A stretch of DNA of 64,000 nucleotides from Botryllus schlosseri (lineage: Eukaryota). The stretch spans positions 34,658,001 to 34,722,000 of the forward strand of contig CM119373.1 of assembly GCA_051294905.1 (NCBI GenBank). The letters are read 5' to 3'. The notes below the pieces were generated by a model. It was not told where the DNA came from and did not search any database. It saw only the letters and a program-made list of their open reading frames with translations. Shown here one piece after another: positions 1 through 12,045 of this stretch. The stretch's first letter is position 1. Every line of letters begins with the position of its first letter. The position numbers and the translations under genes are program-made.

Positions 1-1282
1 AAAAGACTAAACAACTGGATTGCGCATTCAAAATTGGCGTAAGATATACCTTATGTATACTATTAGATCAAGGGTGGGCAGCCCGTACGGCTGCATGCGT
101 CTGTAGACGCCTAATTCAATTAGTATTGGTTGGCAGCCGTAGACCTGCAAATTGCAATTACAAATTCACTCCCGAAACTTCGAGAGATTTTATTTAATCT
201 TGAAATTTTCTTCGTGCTCCACGCAATTCCACAAGACTTCATTTTTCGATTTTAATGCAGTAACGCCCTTCTTAATTGGAGCAGGAATAGGAATTGACAA
301 GAAATAACAATTCATTCGCTGCTCTAAAAAATTTCGCGCTCGGCGCGACAATATGCATTTCCAGCACCTATTCATAACATTGCCACTAGCGATTTCGGTG
401 CGTACGATAGGCCGTTGTGAAAAGTAGAATAGTCGGGAGTTCACCTGGAATGGATAGGGACAGTTTACCATAGGTATTTTGCGTCCAGATCGTTCATTGC
501 AACTATGCCCTGGAATGCTGCCTTGGGCTACATAAGTAATCGAAATGCGGCCATGATGGGCACGAAGGTTGCCACCTCTGTATTAGATGATGTGCTCTTT
601 TTGACATGATGATAAATGTAAGGACGGTCAGGGGGGAGGGAGGATTTTTTTGACCATCGCCAAGGGTGGCGCGTGTCAAAAAAGGTCGAGCACGGCTGGT
701 CTAATTAATGCATGTCTTCATGTTCTAGTCTACTCCCTCTTCTAATCCCACTCGTAGTGGGTTTGACATATCTTTCGAAGTCACTAGTTATTCGTAGAAA
801 TTTAATGCGAAAATTGTACTTGAGCACCAATCAGTACTGTGAAAACCTCTGGCGTAGGTACGCGAGTAATTGAGTATCTTGAAGTAGCAAATTTTCTAAT
901 ATTTTGTTGCCCGTTTCCACCAGTGATAAAACTGAACCAGGTTTACTGCATGCACAAATTTTATGATATTTAATCACTTCACGTGCCGCTTGATGCAATA
1001 TCTACAGACCAAAGCCGCAATGCTCCGTGACTATTTGCCTTTGATACCGTCCTCCTTCATAATACTATGTCAAATGCCCAAATAAGTGTTTGTGACGGCT
1101 TGTTCAACTTGATTCGTGCAACTATGTTTATGGAAACCACGCAGGCCAATGTTTTTTGTCGAATTGACAGCCATGGCCCATTTTAACTTGTTCCTTGTCC
1201 ACCATGCTTCCGCAGATCATTGTAAATATCGGTTAAAACTGGTCGAATCATCATACATATTTGTACAATACGAACATGATCC

Positions 1283-2338
1283 ATGGATAATGAAATGGAA
1301 CATAGAGAAATACAGCCAAATTTTAATCGGAAGACCGTTACTGGAAATGGAGGCGCAATCTTTGAATGCGACATTTGTGGAATGAAGTATCTATCCAAGA
1401 AGGGATTGCAGATGCATGTATCCAGACACTTAAGAAAGTTTGAATGTGACATTTGTGGGCATGCTTCATCATCCAAATATCATTTGAAATGTCACATGCT
1501 CATTCACAGCGACGTAAGAGAGTTTGAATGCGATTTCTGTGAAAAGGCGTTCACCCGAAAGTATGATCTGACCCAGCACATGGCTATACACAGCGACACC
1601 AAGGACTTCTTTTGCCTTGTTTGCGGTAAGATGTATTCTACTGAGAAACTTTTGCAGAGGCATGTGTCTGAACACCAACGAAACTTTTCCTGCGACGTTT
1701 GCGGACTTGCTTTTCAATCGAAAAAAACCTTGAAGCGCCACATGCTCATTCACACTAACGTGAAAGAGTTTAAATGTGATGTCTGTGAAAAGACCTTCGC
1801 CCAGAAGTTTACCCTGACTAGGCACATGAACATTCACACCGACACCAAAGGCTTCTTGTGTGATATTTGCGGTAAACTCTTTCCGTTGAAACATCACCTG
1901 CATCAGCACATGGATATCCACGCTGTTCTTAGAAGATATGGCTGTGAGCTATGTGATATGGCCTTCAGGAATAGGAGCAATCTGACCAGACACGTAAAGA
2001 TTCATGATGTGCCTGATACATTTGTATGTCCCATATGTGGACTAGGTTTTGCGAGGTACTCTGGATTGAGACACCACCTTCCAGTGCACATGAATGAAAA
2101 AATGTTTCATTGTGAAATATGCGGAAAGGCCTATTTCAGCGAAGATAAAGTTACAAGACACATGAAACTACATGTCAGCGACAATTTGGAATGTCCAGTA
2201 TGCGGATTAGGTTGCAGTAACTTGAAAAGTCACTTTATTTTGCATGTGAACGAAAGGAAATTTCAATGCGATGTATGCGGAAAGGCATTCTTGAGAAAAG
2301 GTGATGTTTTCGGCCATATGAAAATGCATTTCCAATAG
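1283..2338 (+). CDS. Tandem C2H2 zinc-finger protein, 351 aa, 12 finger units (one shortened); N-class a, C-class X
   Basis: Open ORF with C-x2-C-x12-H-x3-H repeats; ccATGG start context; in-frame TGA at 1277 upstream of the ATG. Confidence 0.93.
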   Translation: MDNEMEHREIQPNFNRKTVTGNGGAIFECDICGMKYLSKKGLQMHVSRHLRKFECDICGHASSSKYHLKCHMLIHSDVREFECDFCEKAFTRKYDLTQHMAIHSDTKDFFCLVCGKMYSTEKLLQRHVSEHQRNFSCDVCGLAFQSKKTLKRHMLIHTNVKEFKCDVCEKTFAQKFTLTRHMNIHTDTKGFLCDICGKLFPLKHHLHQHMDIHAVLRRYGCELCDMAFRNRSNLTRHVKIHDVPDTFVCPICGLGFARYSGLRHHLPVHMNEKMFHCEICGKAYFSEDKVTRHMKLHVSDNLECPVCGLGCSNLKSHFILHVNERKFQCDVCGKAFLRKGDVFGHMKMHFQ

Positions 2339-3317
2339 TCTTACTCGAGCTGCGTGTCCATTTCTATTTTCATTCATCAATAGTGAAATGCAAAGTAAGA
2401 TTGAAATATTCGAGTCATTTCCCGAAGCAAGGATGAAAAAATTTTGGATTGGAAAAACTTTTCAGATTTTTTAGCATGATACATGACACACTCAAATGAC
2501 GTCAGTGTGTCAAAATTGAAGGTTGCGCTTTTCTGTAAGTTTAGTGGAAACGGAATTCCGTCAACACTGCCATGAAGTTGAAGATACCAAAAGCAAATTT
2601 TGACTTTTCAACAGACTGAAGAACCTGATTATGCAGTCTCAATATTATTGCACTACTTACACTGTCGTCAAGTTGTAAATATCAAATTTGAAGTAAGCTG
2701 TCTATCTCTTTATTAAAGATAATGAGCTCTGCGTTTCCTACTCTTATTTGAGTATCAATGACTATGCTAACACCTCTTACAGCAATATACGAATTAGTTG
2801 TCTCATTGATTAACATGGTACAGTACCTATATACAATACTGCATGCACACGATTTTGTAGCATTGAATATATTATTGAATCACAGCAAGTGTTTAATGTG
2901 ATATCAGCCCGTTTGAGTACCAATGACTACTTTTACGACACCTAGCAATACGAGCTACTGAGTATCGTAACTATTTATTTAAAACGAGATTTACTACATC
3001 TCTACAACCAGTGGTAATGCTTGACCAGATTTACTGCATGCACAGTGCACATAGTTTTATCAATGTTGATGTTGTCGAATCACTTCAAGTGTTTTATGTG
3101 ATGTCTGCAGACCATAGCCGAGATAGTCCATTCGCTTTTGAAACCCTCCTTATTTTGAACACTTCGACTGTGGGTGGCCGAATGTGAATGTGAGACGTCT
3201 AATTCAATTTCATTTATGGATGTCATACAGAAAAATGTTTTGTTGCTAAATCCATAATCATGAGCCATCTGAACTCATTTATTTTTACTATGCTCTTGCA
3301 GATAAATAGGCCTAGAC

Positions 3318-3408
3318 CAGGGGTTCTCAACCTGGGGGTCGCGGGAGGCTCTCAGGGGGGGGCGCGAGAAATTGATGAAGTAAGTATAGGGGGGGGGGGG
3401 GGGTATAA
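3318..3408 (+). mobile_element. Solo left end of a Buster/Charlie-type hAT MITE
   Basis: Starts CAGGGGTTCTCAACCTGGGGGTCGCG after TAGAC; no right TIR seen; fused directly to ZNF coding sequence after a 15-G run. Confidence 0.6.
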
Positions 3409-3845
3409 ATTTGCGGCAAACTCTTCGCACTAAAACATAATCTGTTTCGACACATGAACATCCGCGCCGAGTTGAAAAGATATGTATGTGGTCTGTGTGG
3501 CATGGCCTTAACATCGATTGGCACTCTGTACAAGCATATAAAGATTCCTGCTGAGCCTAACAATTTAGCTGTCGCACCAAATAAGAATATTTTATGTCCT
3601 ATATGTGGACTAGGTTTTACGAGGAACTCCGGATTGAGACGGCATCTTCCAATTCATCTGAATAAAAAGAAGTTTCGATGCGAAATTTGCGGAAGGCATT
3701 TTTTGAGAAAGGCAGGCGTTCCACAACACATGAAAATCCATTTCAACAAGAATTTTGAATGTCCATTATGTGGGATAAGCCTGTCGAGTAGGAAAGCCTT
3801 GCGATATCACTGGCTCATCCACAGGAATCAGAAAAAATTTCAATG
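3409..3845 (+). pseudogene. Internal fragment of a C2H2 ZNF paralog (c-type upstream region, Y-type fingers), cut at both ends by MITE termini
   Basis: Reads CGKLFALKHNLFRHMNIRAELKRYVC...RYHWLIHRNQKKFQ; lacks start and last finger; acceptor AG retained at 3300-3301. Confidence 0.85.
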
Positions 3846-4323
3846 GGGTTGCATTTAAAACAAACGGTGTTTTAAACAAATACCCTTTTGAAAAAAAGAA
3901 TTTTGCCATAATTGTTTAAATACTTTCAGAAAATCGTGCAGTATATGAGCCTACAGACGATTTGCACCCAAAATAGTCGATGTATATGATGTAGGCTGGC
4001 TGGAACCTTGGAAATCGTCGTCGGCTCAACAGTTTGTGCGGGCACAGAATGGGTGTTCTGATGATCATGACCGCCGACCGTAAAAATGCTTCATAATGAA
4101 GTATTCCTGATTAAAGATATATTTGGTCTGTTTATGACAGTGATCGGAAGCCCTTTTCGCCGAAGATGCCATATTTACCCTACATTTTCAATTGTCAATA
4201 TTTTGACGTCACAACTAAATAGTCTTGATGTCATGGCTAAAAAAATCAAAAACATGTTTTAAACAAGGGCTTTGTTTTAATCACGTTTGATTTGAATTGA
4301 TTATTGTTTTAAATGCAACCCTA
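3844..4323 (+). mobile_element. Non-autonomous hAT (Ac-type) MITE, family with TIR YGGGGTTGCATTTAAAAC
   Basis: TIRs TGGGGTTGCATTTAAAACAA / TTGTTTTAAATGCAACCCTA; internally similar to 11368-11855; right flank paralogous to that copy, left flank replaced. Confidence 0.85.
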
Positions 4324-4500
4324 GCGTCTACTTGTTCAACTTTATTCATTGAAACCACACAAAACAAAGTTTTGGTTTTCGAATTAATTGTCATGAGCCA
4401 TTTTAACTCATTCAGTGTCTACCGTATTTTTGCAGATAACTAAATATAGGGTAAAACTGATTGAATCGTCAGACTTATTTGTACAATACCAATAAGTTCC

Positions 4501-5625
4501 ATGGATAACGAAATTGGAAATAAAGAAATACAACCAGATTTGAATCAACATACCACTACTGGAAATGGTGGCGTAAGCTTCGAATGCGATATTTGCGGCA
4601 TCAAGTATCAATCAAAAAAGGGATTCCAGATGCATGTATCCAGACACCTAAGAAAGTTTGCATGTGACTTTTGCGGGCGTGCTACATCTTCCAAATATCA
4701 GTTGAAACGTCACATGCGCGTTCACAGTGACGTAAAAGAGTTTGAATGTGATGTCTGTAGAAAGGCGTTCACCCAGAAGTATAATTTGACCCAGCACATG
4801 ACAATACACAACGCCACCAAGGACTTCTTTTGTCATGTTTGCGGTAAGATGTATTCTTCTGAGAAACGTTTGCGGAGGCATGTGTCTGAACACCAACGAA
4901 ACTTTTCCTGTGACTTTTGCGGTCTTGCTTTTCCATACAAAGGCATATTGCAACGCCACATGCTCATTCATGGTTCCACAAAACTGTTTAAATGCAATGT
5001 CTGTGAAAAGACCTTCACACAGAAGACTACGTTGACCACGCACTTGAACATTCACACCAATACCAGGGACTTTTTGTGTGATGTTTGCGGTAAACTCTTC
5101 GCATTAAAACATAATCTGTATCAGCACATGGCCATCCACTCCGGTCTGAAAAGATATGTCTGTGAGCTCTGTGATATGCCCTTCACGTTGAGGAGCAATC
5201 TGTACCAACATGTGAAGATTCATGGCGTGTCTAATACCTCCGCTGTCGCATCAAGTAAAAATATTGCATGTCCAATATGTGGACTAGGTTTTGCAAGGAG
5301 CTATGGATTGCGAAGGCATTTTCTGCATATGCACCTAAATGGATTGAAACAGCACCTCCCACTGCTCCTGAATGAAAATAAGTTTGAATGCGAAATATGC
5401 GGAAGGCGTTTTTTGAGACAGGATGGCGTTTCACTACACATGAAAATCCATTTCAACAAGAATTTTGAATGTCCAGTGTGTGGGATAAGCGTGTCAACTC
5501 GGGGAGCTTTGCGAAAACACTGGCTCATCCACGTGAATGAAAAGAATTTTCAATGTGAAATTTGTGGAATAGCATTCTTGAGAAAACGGAATGCCTCAGA
5601 TCACCTGAAAATACATTTCAAATAG
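4501..5625 (+). CDS. Tandem C2H2 zinc-finger protein, 374 aa, 12 fingers; N-class a, C-class Y
   Basis: Open ORF, ccATGG, acceptor AG at 4434-4435, in-frame TGA upstream at 4462. Confidence 0.93.
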   Translation: MDNEIGNKEIQPDLNQHTTTGNGGVSFECDICGIKYQSKKGFQMHVSRHLRKFACDFCGRATSSKYQLKRHMRVHSDVKEFECDVCRKAFTQKYNLTQHMTIHNATKDFFCHVCGKMYSSEKRLRRHVSEHQRNFSCDFCGLAFPYKGILQRHMLIHGSTKLFKCNVCEKTFTQKTTLTTHLNIHTNTRDFLCDVCGKLFALKHNLYQHMAIHSGLKRYVCELCDMPFTLRSNLYQHVKIHGVSNTSAVASSKNIACPICGLGFARSYGLRRHFLHMHLNGLKQHLPLLLNENKFECEICGRRFLRQDGVSLHMKIHFNKNFECPVCGISVSTRGALRKHWLIHVNEKNFQCEICGIAFLRKRNASDHLKIHFK

Positions 5626-6802
5626 TGCTAGTCAAGCTGCAGGTCGCTGTTCAGTCGCAATATAAACAGTAGGTTAGAAATTTCGTGTCCGGGCGAAGCA
5701 GGGCAGTGAACAAGTCGTGCCGTTCCATGTGAGAAGTCAATTATTTTGTCTCGCGTCATATTCCAGTTGCCACGAAGTCACGTCCTAGTCGGGTAGCAGA
5801 GGGTCGACTTTGAGTCGTAGGGTTGATATTCGAGTCTGAGTCCAAATCATTGTATTCAATGTTCACTTGTTCGGGGTTCATTCAAATCATATTTGAACGG
5901 TGATTTATCGTGATTCAGGACACATTAGTAAAAACTGGCAACGTCAGAGTATATACGTAGATCCTTAATCATGTGCCCATTTAGTATGTGAACAAGATAA
6001 CCCAAACACAATCCGACATGTATTCTCTTGTCAAAACATGCTACTTCCGTTTTATCGCTATAGTCCTTTTTACGCTATCTCCTGTTGCTTTTCATTCAAT
6101 GTGCAGGTCTCGTTTTCCAATACTTTTCAGATCTTGAATTTTTGCGACCACATTAAGTAGTTTTTGCATGTTACTTGACCTACTTCTACTTGTAACCGAT
6201 TTCTGGTGTATGTGTATGTGAATATCGTAATTTTTTATATAATATAACTTATGGTTTAACCTGGTATAATGCCTAACCAAGTTGACTGCATGCACACGAT
6301 TTTATATCATTGAGTTTACCATTATTGAATCACTTTGCGTACTTTGTGCGATATCGGTAGACTTTGACTGTTGACACCCTCTGGAGACTGAAGTTTGAGT
6401 TTGTCCGTAACATGTTTTGAAGGGGTCATAACCAACATGCAATTTAGCACTGCACGCAGGTATACCTAGTAAATGGATAGCAAACGTGTGGCCGTGGACA
6501 CGTAATTCAGTCTTTGAGAGCTGTAATTGATCTAGAAATTTTCTTCCTGCTGGTCGTGATTAGCTGCGACTTCATTTTTCAATTTTGATATAATAGCTTT
6601 CGTGACCAAATGAGAATGCGAGTCGACTTATTCAACCTGATACATAGAAATCGTTTAGAGAAATGATTATTTGTTGAATTTATAATCCCACGTTATTTGA
6701 ACTCATTCATTTTATACTGTATTCTCGCAGATAGATATAGTTTAAGGCTGATCGAATCGTCACAATTTTCGGTACAATATAATCAGTAGTCAACAAGGCA
6801 CC

Positions 6803-7615
6803 ATGGATCGTCAAAATCAAGTAATGGAACCATGTTTGAATCGCCAGGCCGTTACTGGAATTGGCAGTACAAGCTTAGAATGCTATTTCTGCAGCAAGAT
6901 GTATTCTTCTAAGAAAGTATTGAAGAAGCATTTGTCCGGACACCAACAAGACTTTAGCTGCGACTTTTGCGGGCTTACTTTTCAATACCAACACAGTTTA
7001 CAGCGCCACACGCTCGTTCACAGCAACGCAAGAGAGTTTAAATGTGATGTTTGTGAACAGACCTTCGCCCAGAAGTGTTCCCTATCCAGGCACATGAACA
7101 TTCACACAGACAACAAAGGCTACTTGTGTGATATTTGCGGTAAACTTTTTCTGTTAAAACATAATCTGCATCGACACATGGACATCCATGCTAGTTTTAA
7201 AAGATATGCCTGTGAGCTATGTGATATGGCCTTCAGGGATAGGAGCAATCTGACCAGACACATAAAGATTCATGGTGTGCCTAATACATTTTTATGTCCG
7301 ATATGTGGACTAGGTTTTACAAGAAACACTGGATTGAGAAAGCACGTTCCAGTGCACTTGAATGAAAAAAAGTTTCAATGTGAAATATGCGGAAAGGCCT
7401 TTTTGAGCAAAGAAAAAGTTACAGCACACATGAAAGTACATGTCAGCGAGAATCTGGAATGTCCTGTGTGCGGATTTGGTGTTTCGAGTCAAATTAACCT
7501 GAGGAGTCACTTTATCGTGCATGTGAATGAAAGGAAGTTTCAATGTGATGTATGCGGGAAGGCATTCTTGAGAAAGGCAGAGGTTTCCAGCCATATGAAA
7601 ATGCATTTCAAATAG
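6803..7615 (+). CDS. Tandem C2H2 zinc-finger protein, 270 aa, 9 fingers; N-class b, C-class X
   Basis: Open ORF, accATGG, acceptor AG at 6729-6730, in-frame TGA at 6749. Confidence 0.93.
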   Translation: MDRQNQVMEPCLNRQAVTGIGSTSLECYFCSKMYSSKKVLKKHLSGHQQDFSCDFCGLTFQYQHSLQRHTLVHSNAREFKCDVCEQTFAQKCSLSRHMNIHTDNKGYLCDICGKLFLLKHNLHRHMDIHASFKRYACELCDMAFRDRSNLTRHIKIHGVPNTFLCPICGLGFTRNTGLRKHVPVHLNEKKFQCEICGKAFLSKEKVTAHMKVHVSENLECPVCGFGVSSQINLRSHFIVHVNERKFQCDVCGKAFLRKAEVSSHMKMHFK

Positions 7616-8484
7616 TGCTACTCAAGCGGCGTGTCCATTTCTATTCTTATTTGTCAGTCAGGAAATGGAAAGTAGACTGAAATATTCGAGTCATGGGCGA
7701 ATCAAGGATGAAGAGGAAACATTGGAAAATTTCAATGGGGATCACTTGTTCATGTATTTAGGCATGATAAATGACACACTCAAATGACGTCAGCGTGTCG
7801 AAATCGAGGTTGCGCATTTCTGTAAATTTAATGAAAACGGAATTCATTCAACATCGCCCTGTAGTAGAAGATACCAAAAACAAATAGTGGCGTTTCAACA
7901 GACTGAAGAACGTGATCATGCAGTTTCAATAGTATTACACTACCTACACTGCCGTGAAGTTAGAAATACAAAGTTATAACTAAACTGCCGATCCATCTCT
8001 TTACTTAAGGTTGATTACGATTATGAACTCTGCTAGTTGGGCTACTACAAAAACAGTGCTATACTTTCATTTGAGTACCAATTTCTGTGCTTTCACATCT
8101 GATAGCAATATACGAATAAGATGTTACATGGATTAACCTGTTATAATACCTATTTAGGTTTACTGCATGCACATTGCACACGATTTTGTAACATTGAATA
8201 TATCATTGAATATCAACAAGTGTTTGATGTGATATCATCCTGTTTGAGTACCAGTGACTACTTTCACCACATTTAGCGATACGAGTTATTGAGTATCGCA
8301 AATATTCATTTAAAAAATATTTACTACATGCATCAACCAGTGATAATGCCCAACCAGATTTACCGCATGTACACGGTTTTGTCAATTTTGATTTTGTCGC
8401 ATCGATTCGAGTGTTTGATGTGATGTCTGCAGACCATATAGCCAAGATAGTCCATTCGCCTTTGAAACCCTCCATGTTTTAAAC

Positions 8485-8700
8485 CAGTGGTTCCCAATGT
8501 GGGCGATTTGGCGGTCTAGGGGGACGAAAATGACAAAGGGGGCGATAGGAGGGCAGAAATAGACCAAGGGGGCGAAAATAGCAAAGGGGCCGGTGATTAC
8601 AGTTTGTATGCACAGTTTTATTTACATTCAATTTTGGGGGCGATGATCCCTGTTGAGCTTGAAAAGGGGTCGATAGGTCGAAAAAGGTTTGGAACCACTG
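8485..8700. mobile_element. Buster/Charlie-type hAT MITE, 216 bp
   Basis: TIRs CAGTGGTTCC / GGAACCACTG; exact 8-bp TSD TTTTAAAC (8477-8484, 8701-8708); absent from the paralogous upstream region near 16140. Confidence 0.92.
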
Positions 8701-8915
8701 TTTTAAACAGTGCAGGTGTGGGTGGCCGAATGTGGATGTGAGACGTCCTAATGAACTTGATTTATGGAAGTCGTACTAAGAAATGTTTTATTGCAGAATT
8801 CATAATAATGATCAATGTAAACTCATTCCTTTTTTATTATGTTCTCACAGAATAATATAGACTGATCTAATTGTGACGATCATCCGTGCAATAGAATTTC
8901 TACCAACAAGGTACA

Positions 8916-9725
8916 ATGAATCATCATGTACAAAATGGTGAAATGGTACTATATTTGAATCATAAGACTGGTATTATGAATGGACTCGCAAGCTCAGAAT
9001 GTGATGTTAGCGGGAAGACATGCTCTTCTAGGAAAGGATCGCGGAAGCATGTTTCGGGAAGCCAAAGAAAATTTTCCTGCGACTTTTGCGGGCTTGCTTT
9101 TCAAACGAAACAACAGTTAAAACGTCACATGCTCATTCACACTAACGTGAAAGAGTTTGAATGTGAAGTCTGTGGAAAGACTTTCGCCCTGAAGGGTACC
9201 CTATCCACGCACATGAACATTCACACCGACACTGAAGGCTTCTTGTGTGATATTTGCGGTCAACTTTTCTCGTGGAAACATAGTTTGCATCGACACATGG
9301 ACAACCACGCTGGTCTTAAAAGATATGGCTGTGAGCTATGTGATATGGCCTTCATGTATAAGAGCACTCTGTACAGACACATGAAGGTTCATGGTGGGTC
9401 TAATACATTTGTATGCCCCATATGGGGACTAGGTTTTGCGAGGAACTCCGGATTGACACAGCATCTTCCAGTGCACTTGAATGAAAAAAAGTTTCAATGT
9501 GAAATATGCGGAAACGCCATTTTGAGAAAAGATAAAGTTACAAGACACATGAAAGTACATGTCAGCGACAATTTGCAATGTCCAATATGCGGATTAACTT
9601 GCAGTAACTTGAAAAGTCACTTTATCATGCATGTGAATGAAAGAAAATTTCAATGCGATGTATGCGGAAAGGCATTCTTGAGAAAAGGAGACGTGATCAG
9701 CCATATGGAAATGCATTTCAAATAG
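8916..9725 (+). CDS. Tandem C2H2 zinc-finger protein, 269 aa, 9 units (first degenerate, one C->W, one shortened); N-class c, C-class X
   Basis: Open ORF; acceptor AG at 8849-8850. Confidence 0.88.
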   Translation: MNHHVQNGEMVLYLNHKTGIMNGLASSECDVSGKTCSSRKGSRKHVSGSQRKFSCDFCGLAFQTKQQLKRHMLIHTNVKEFECEVCGKTFALKGTLSTHMNIHTDTEGFLCDICGQLFSWKHSLHRHMDNHAGLKRYGCELCDMAFMYKSTLYRHMKVHGGSNTFVCPIWGLGFARNSGLTQHLPVHLNEKKFQCEICGNAILRKDKVTRHMKVHVSDNLQCPICGLTCSNLKSHFIMHVNERKFQCDVCGKAFLRKGDVISHMEMHFK

Positions 9726-11367
9726 TGTTACTCGAGCTTCTTGTCCTTTTCTGTTTTCATTTGTCAGACGTGAAATGGAAGTAAGACTGAAATATTCGAG
9801 TCATTTGCCGAAACAAAAATGAAGAGGGAACATAGGAAAATTTGGATTGGGAAAACCTTTCAGATTTTTTAGCATGATACATGACACACACAAATATCGT
9901 CAGTGTGTCAAAATCGGAGGTTCTCATTTCTGTAAATTTAGTAGAAACAGTATTTGGTCAACACTGCCATAAAATTAAAGAACTTGATCATGCAGTCTCA
10001 ATATTATTGCACTACCTACACTTTTGTGAAGTTATAAATACTAAATTTTAAGTAAGCGGTCTATCTTTTTATTGAAGATAATGAACTCTGCGGTTCATAT
10101 ACTTTTGTTTGAGTAATAATGACTATGCTAACACCACCTAACACCTTACAGAAATATGCGAATTATTTATTTCATTGATTAACTTGGTACAGTATCTAAT
10201 CGGGTATACTGCATGCACACTATTTTGAGCATTGGATATAATATTGAATCACAACAAGTGTTTAATGTGATATCAGCCCATTTGGGTACCAATGACTACC
10301 TTCACCACATCTAACAATACGATGATATTTTTCATGTAAACGGCATATAACGGTTCCGCGTTGGAGTTTTCGCTTCTGTGAATAACTACTCGTCGGTTCG
10401 TTTTTCCATAAAACTCTAAACTCAGTGTGCACTTTTGCCTTCTCGAATTAGAGGGAGTAAATTAACAACGCCATATTTGAGTGGTTATAAAGGTGTCCAT
10501 GAACATTTTGCTGTCTTGTCGGAATATTTCAGGAAATATATTTCCTGCAAAAAATCTTAAAATTTGTTACGAATTTGCTGGATAAGATAAAAAACAATTT
10601 TTCAATCTACTGAGAATTGCTGCGCGGGCGGATGATATCGTCTGTTAGTCATATTCATGTCATCTTCTGTTACTTTCTATCAAGTGTGCATGCGTTTAAT
10701 TGATACAGGTCTTCATGTTCTGGTGTACTCTCTCTCAATTCTAATCCCACTCGTAGAGATTTCGACATATCTTTCGAACTCACTACTTATTAATAGAAAT
10801 TTAATGTGGTAATTGTACTTAAGCACCAATCAGTACTGTAAAAACCTCTGGCGTATGTACACGAGTAATTTACCATCGTGAAGCATCAATTTTTTTGCCC
10901 CTTTTTACCAGTGATAAAACCTAACCAGGTTTACTGCATGCACAGATTTTTTGATATTTAATCACTTCACATGCTTGATGCAATATTTGCAACTACAAGG
11001 AGTGCTAAAAAATCGTGACTCTCCATTAAGGAATGAATTTGCGAAACTCTGACTCCGACTCCACAGCCCTGGTTTCAACATACCTTGGAATTTGCTAGTT
11101 ATAAGTAGAAAAAAGTGGTACTTCTACTCGAGCACAAATGACTACTGTAACATCCTCTGAAGCATCAATTTTTCTAGATCTCGTTCCTTCTTTGAACCGG
11201 TGATAAAACCTTACCAGGTTGAATGCACACATAATTTTGTACTCTTTAATAACTTGCTTGACGTGCTTGATGTAATATCTGCAGACCAAAGTTGCAATGC
11301 TCCGTGACTATCCACCTTCTTTTAGAATTATATGACCATTTGTGCCCAAATGAGAATGTGCGACGAC

Positions 11368-11855
11368 CGGGGTTGCATTTAAAACAAACGGTGTTTTGAA
11401 CAAATTCCATTTTGAAAAAAAGAATTTTGCCATAACAGTTCAAATACTTTCGGAAAATCGTGCTGTATATGAGCCTACAGACGATTTGCACCCAAAATAG
11501 TCAACGCATATGATGTAAGGTGGCTGGAACCTTGGAAATCGTTGTCGGCTCAACAGTTTTTTAGGGGCACAGAATGGGTGTTCTGATGATCATGACCGCC
11601 GACCGTAAAAATGCATCATAACGAAGTATTCCTGATTAAAGATATTTTTGGTCTGTTTATGACAGTGATCGGAAGCCCTTTTCGCCGAAGAAGCCGTATT
11701 TACCCTACATTTTCAATTGTCACTGCCAGTTCATTGTGACGTTACAATTAAGTAGTCTTGATGTCAAGGCTGAAAAATCAAAAACATGTTTCAAACAAGG
11801 GCCTTGTTTTAAATATGTTTGTTTTAAGTTGATTTTCGTTTTAAATGCAACGGTA
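11368..11855 (+). mobile_element. Non-autonomous hAT MITE, same family as 3844-4323
   Basis: TIRs CGGGGTTGCATTTAAAAC / GTTTTAAATGCAACGGTA; 8-bp TSD GCGACGAC / GCGACAAC (7/8 identical). Confidence 0.88.
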
Positions 11856-12045
11856 GCGACAACTTGTTCAACTTTATTCGTTCAACTTTATTTATTGAAA
11901 CCACACAGAGAAAATTTTTGTTTTCGAATTAATTGTCATGAGCCATTTCAACTCATTCATTGTCTACCGTTCTACCGCAGATAACTAGATATATGTTAAA
12001 ACTGGATTAATCGTCATACTTATTTGTACAATACCAACAAGTTCC

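Noticed and set aside
2497-2504. TGACGTCA CRE palindrome in X-class 3' flanks (also ~7786)
   Set aside because: Lost in other copies (e.g. ~9896, ~15451, ~24830), so there is no evidence of constraint
3389-3403. 15-G run as a functional G-quadruplex
   Set aside because: It lies inside a MITE fragment, and homopolymer length is unreliable in assemblies
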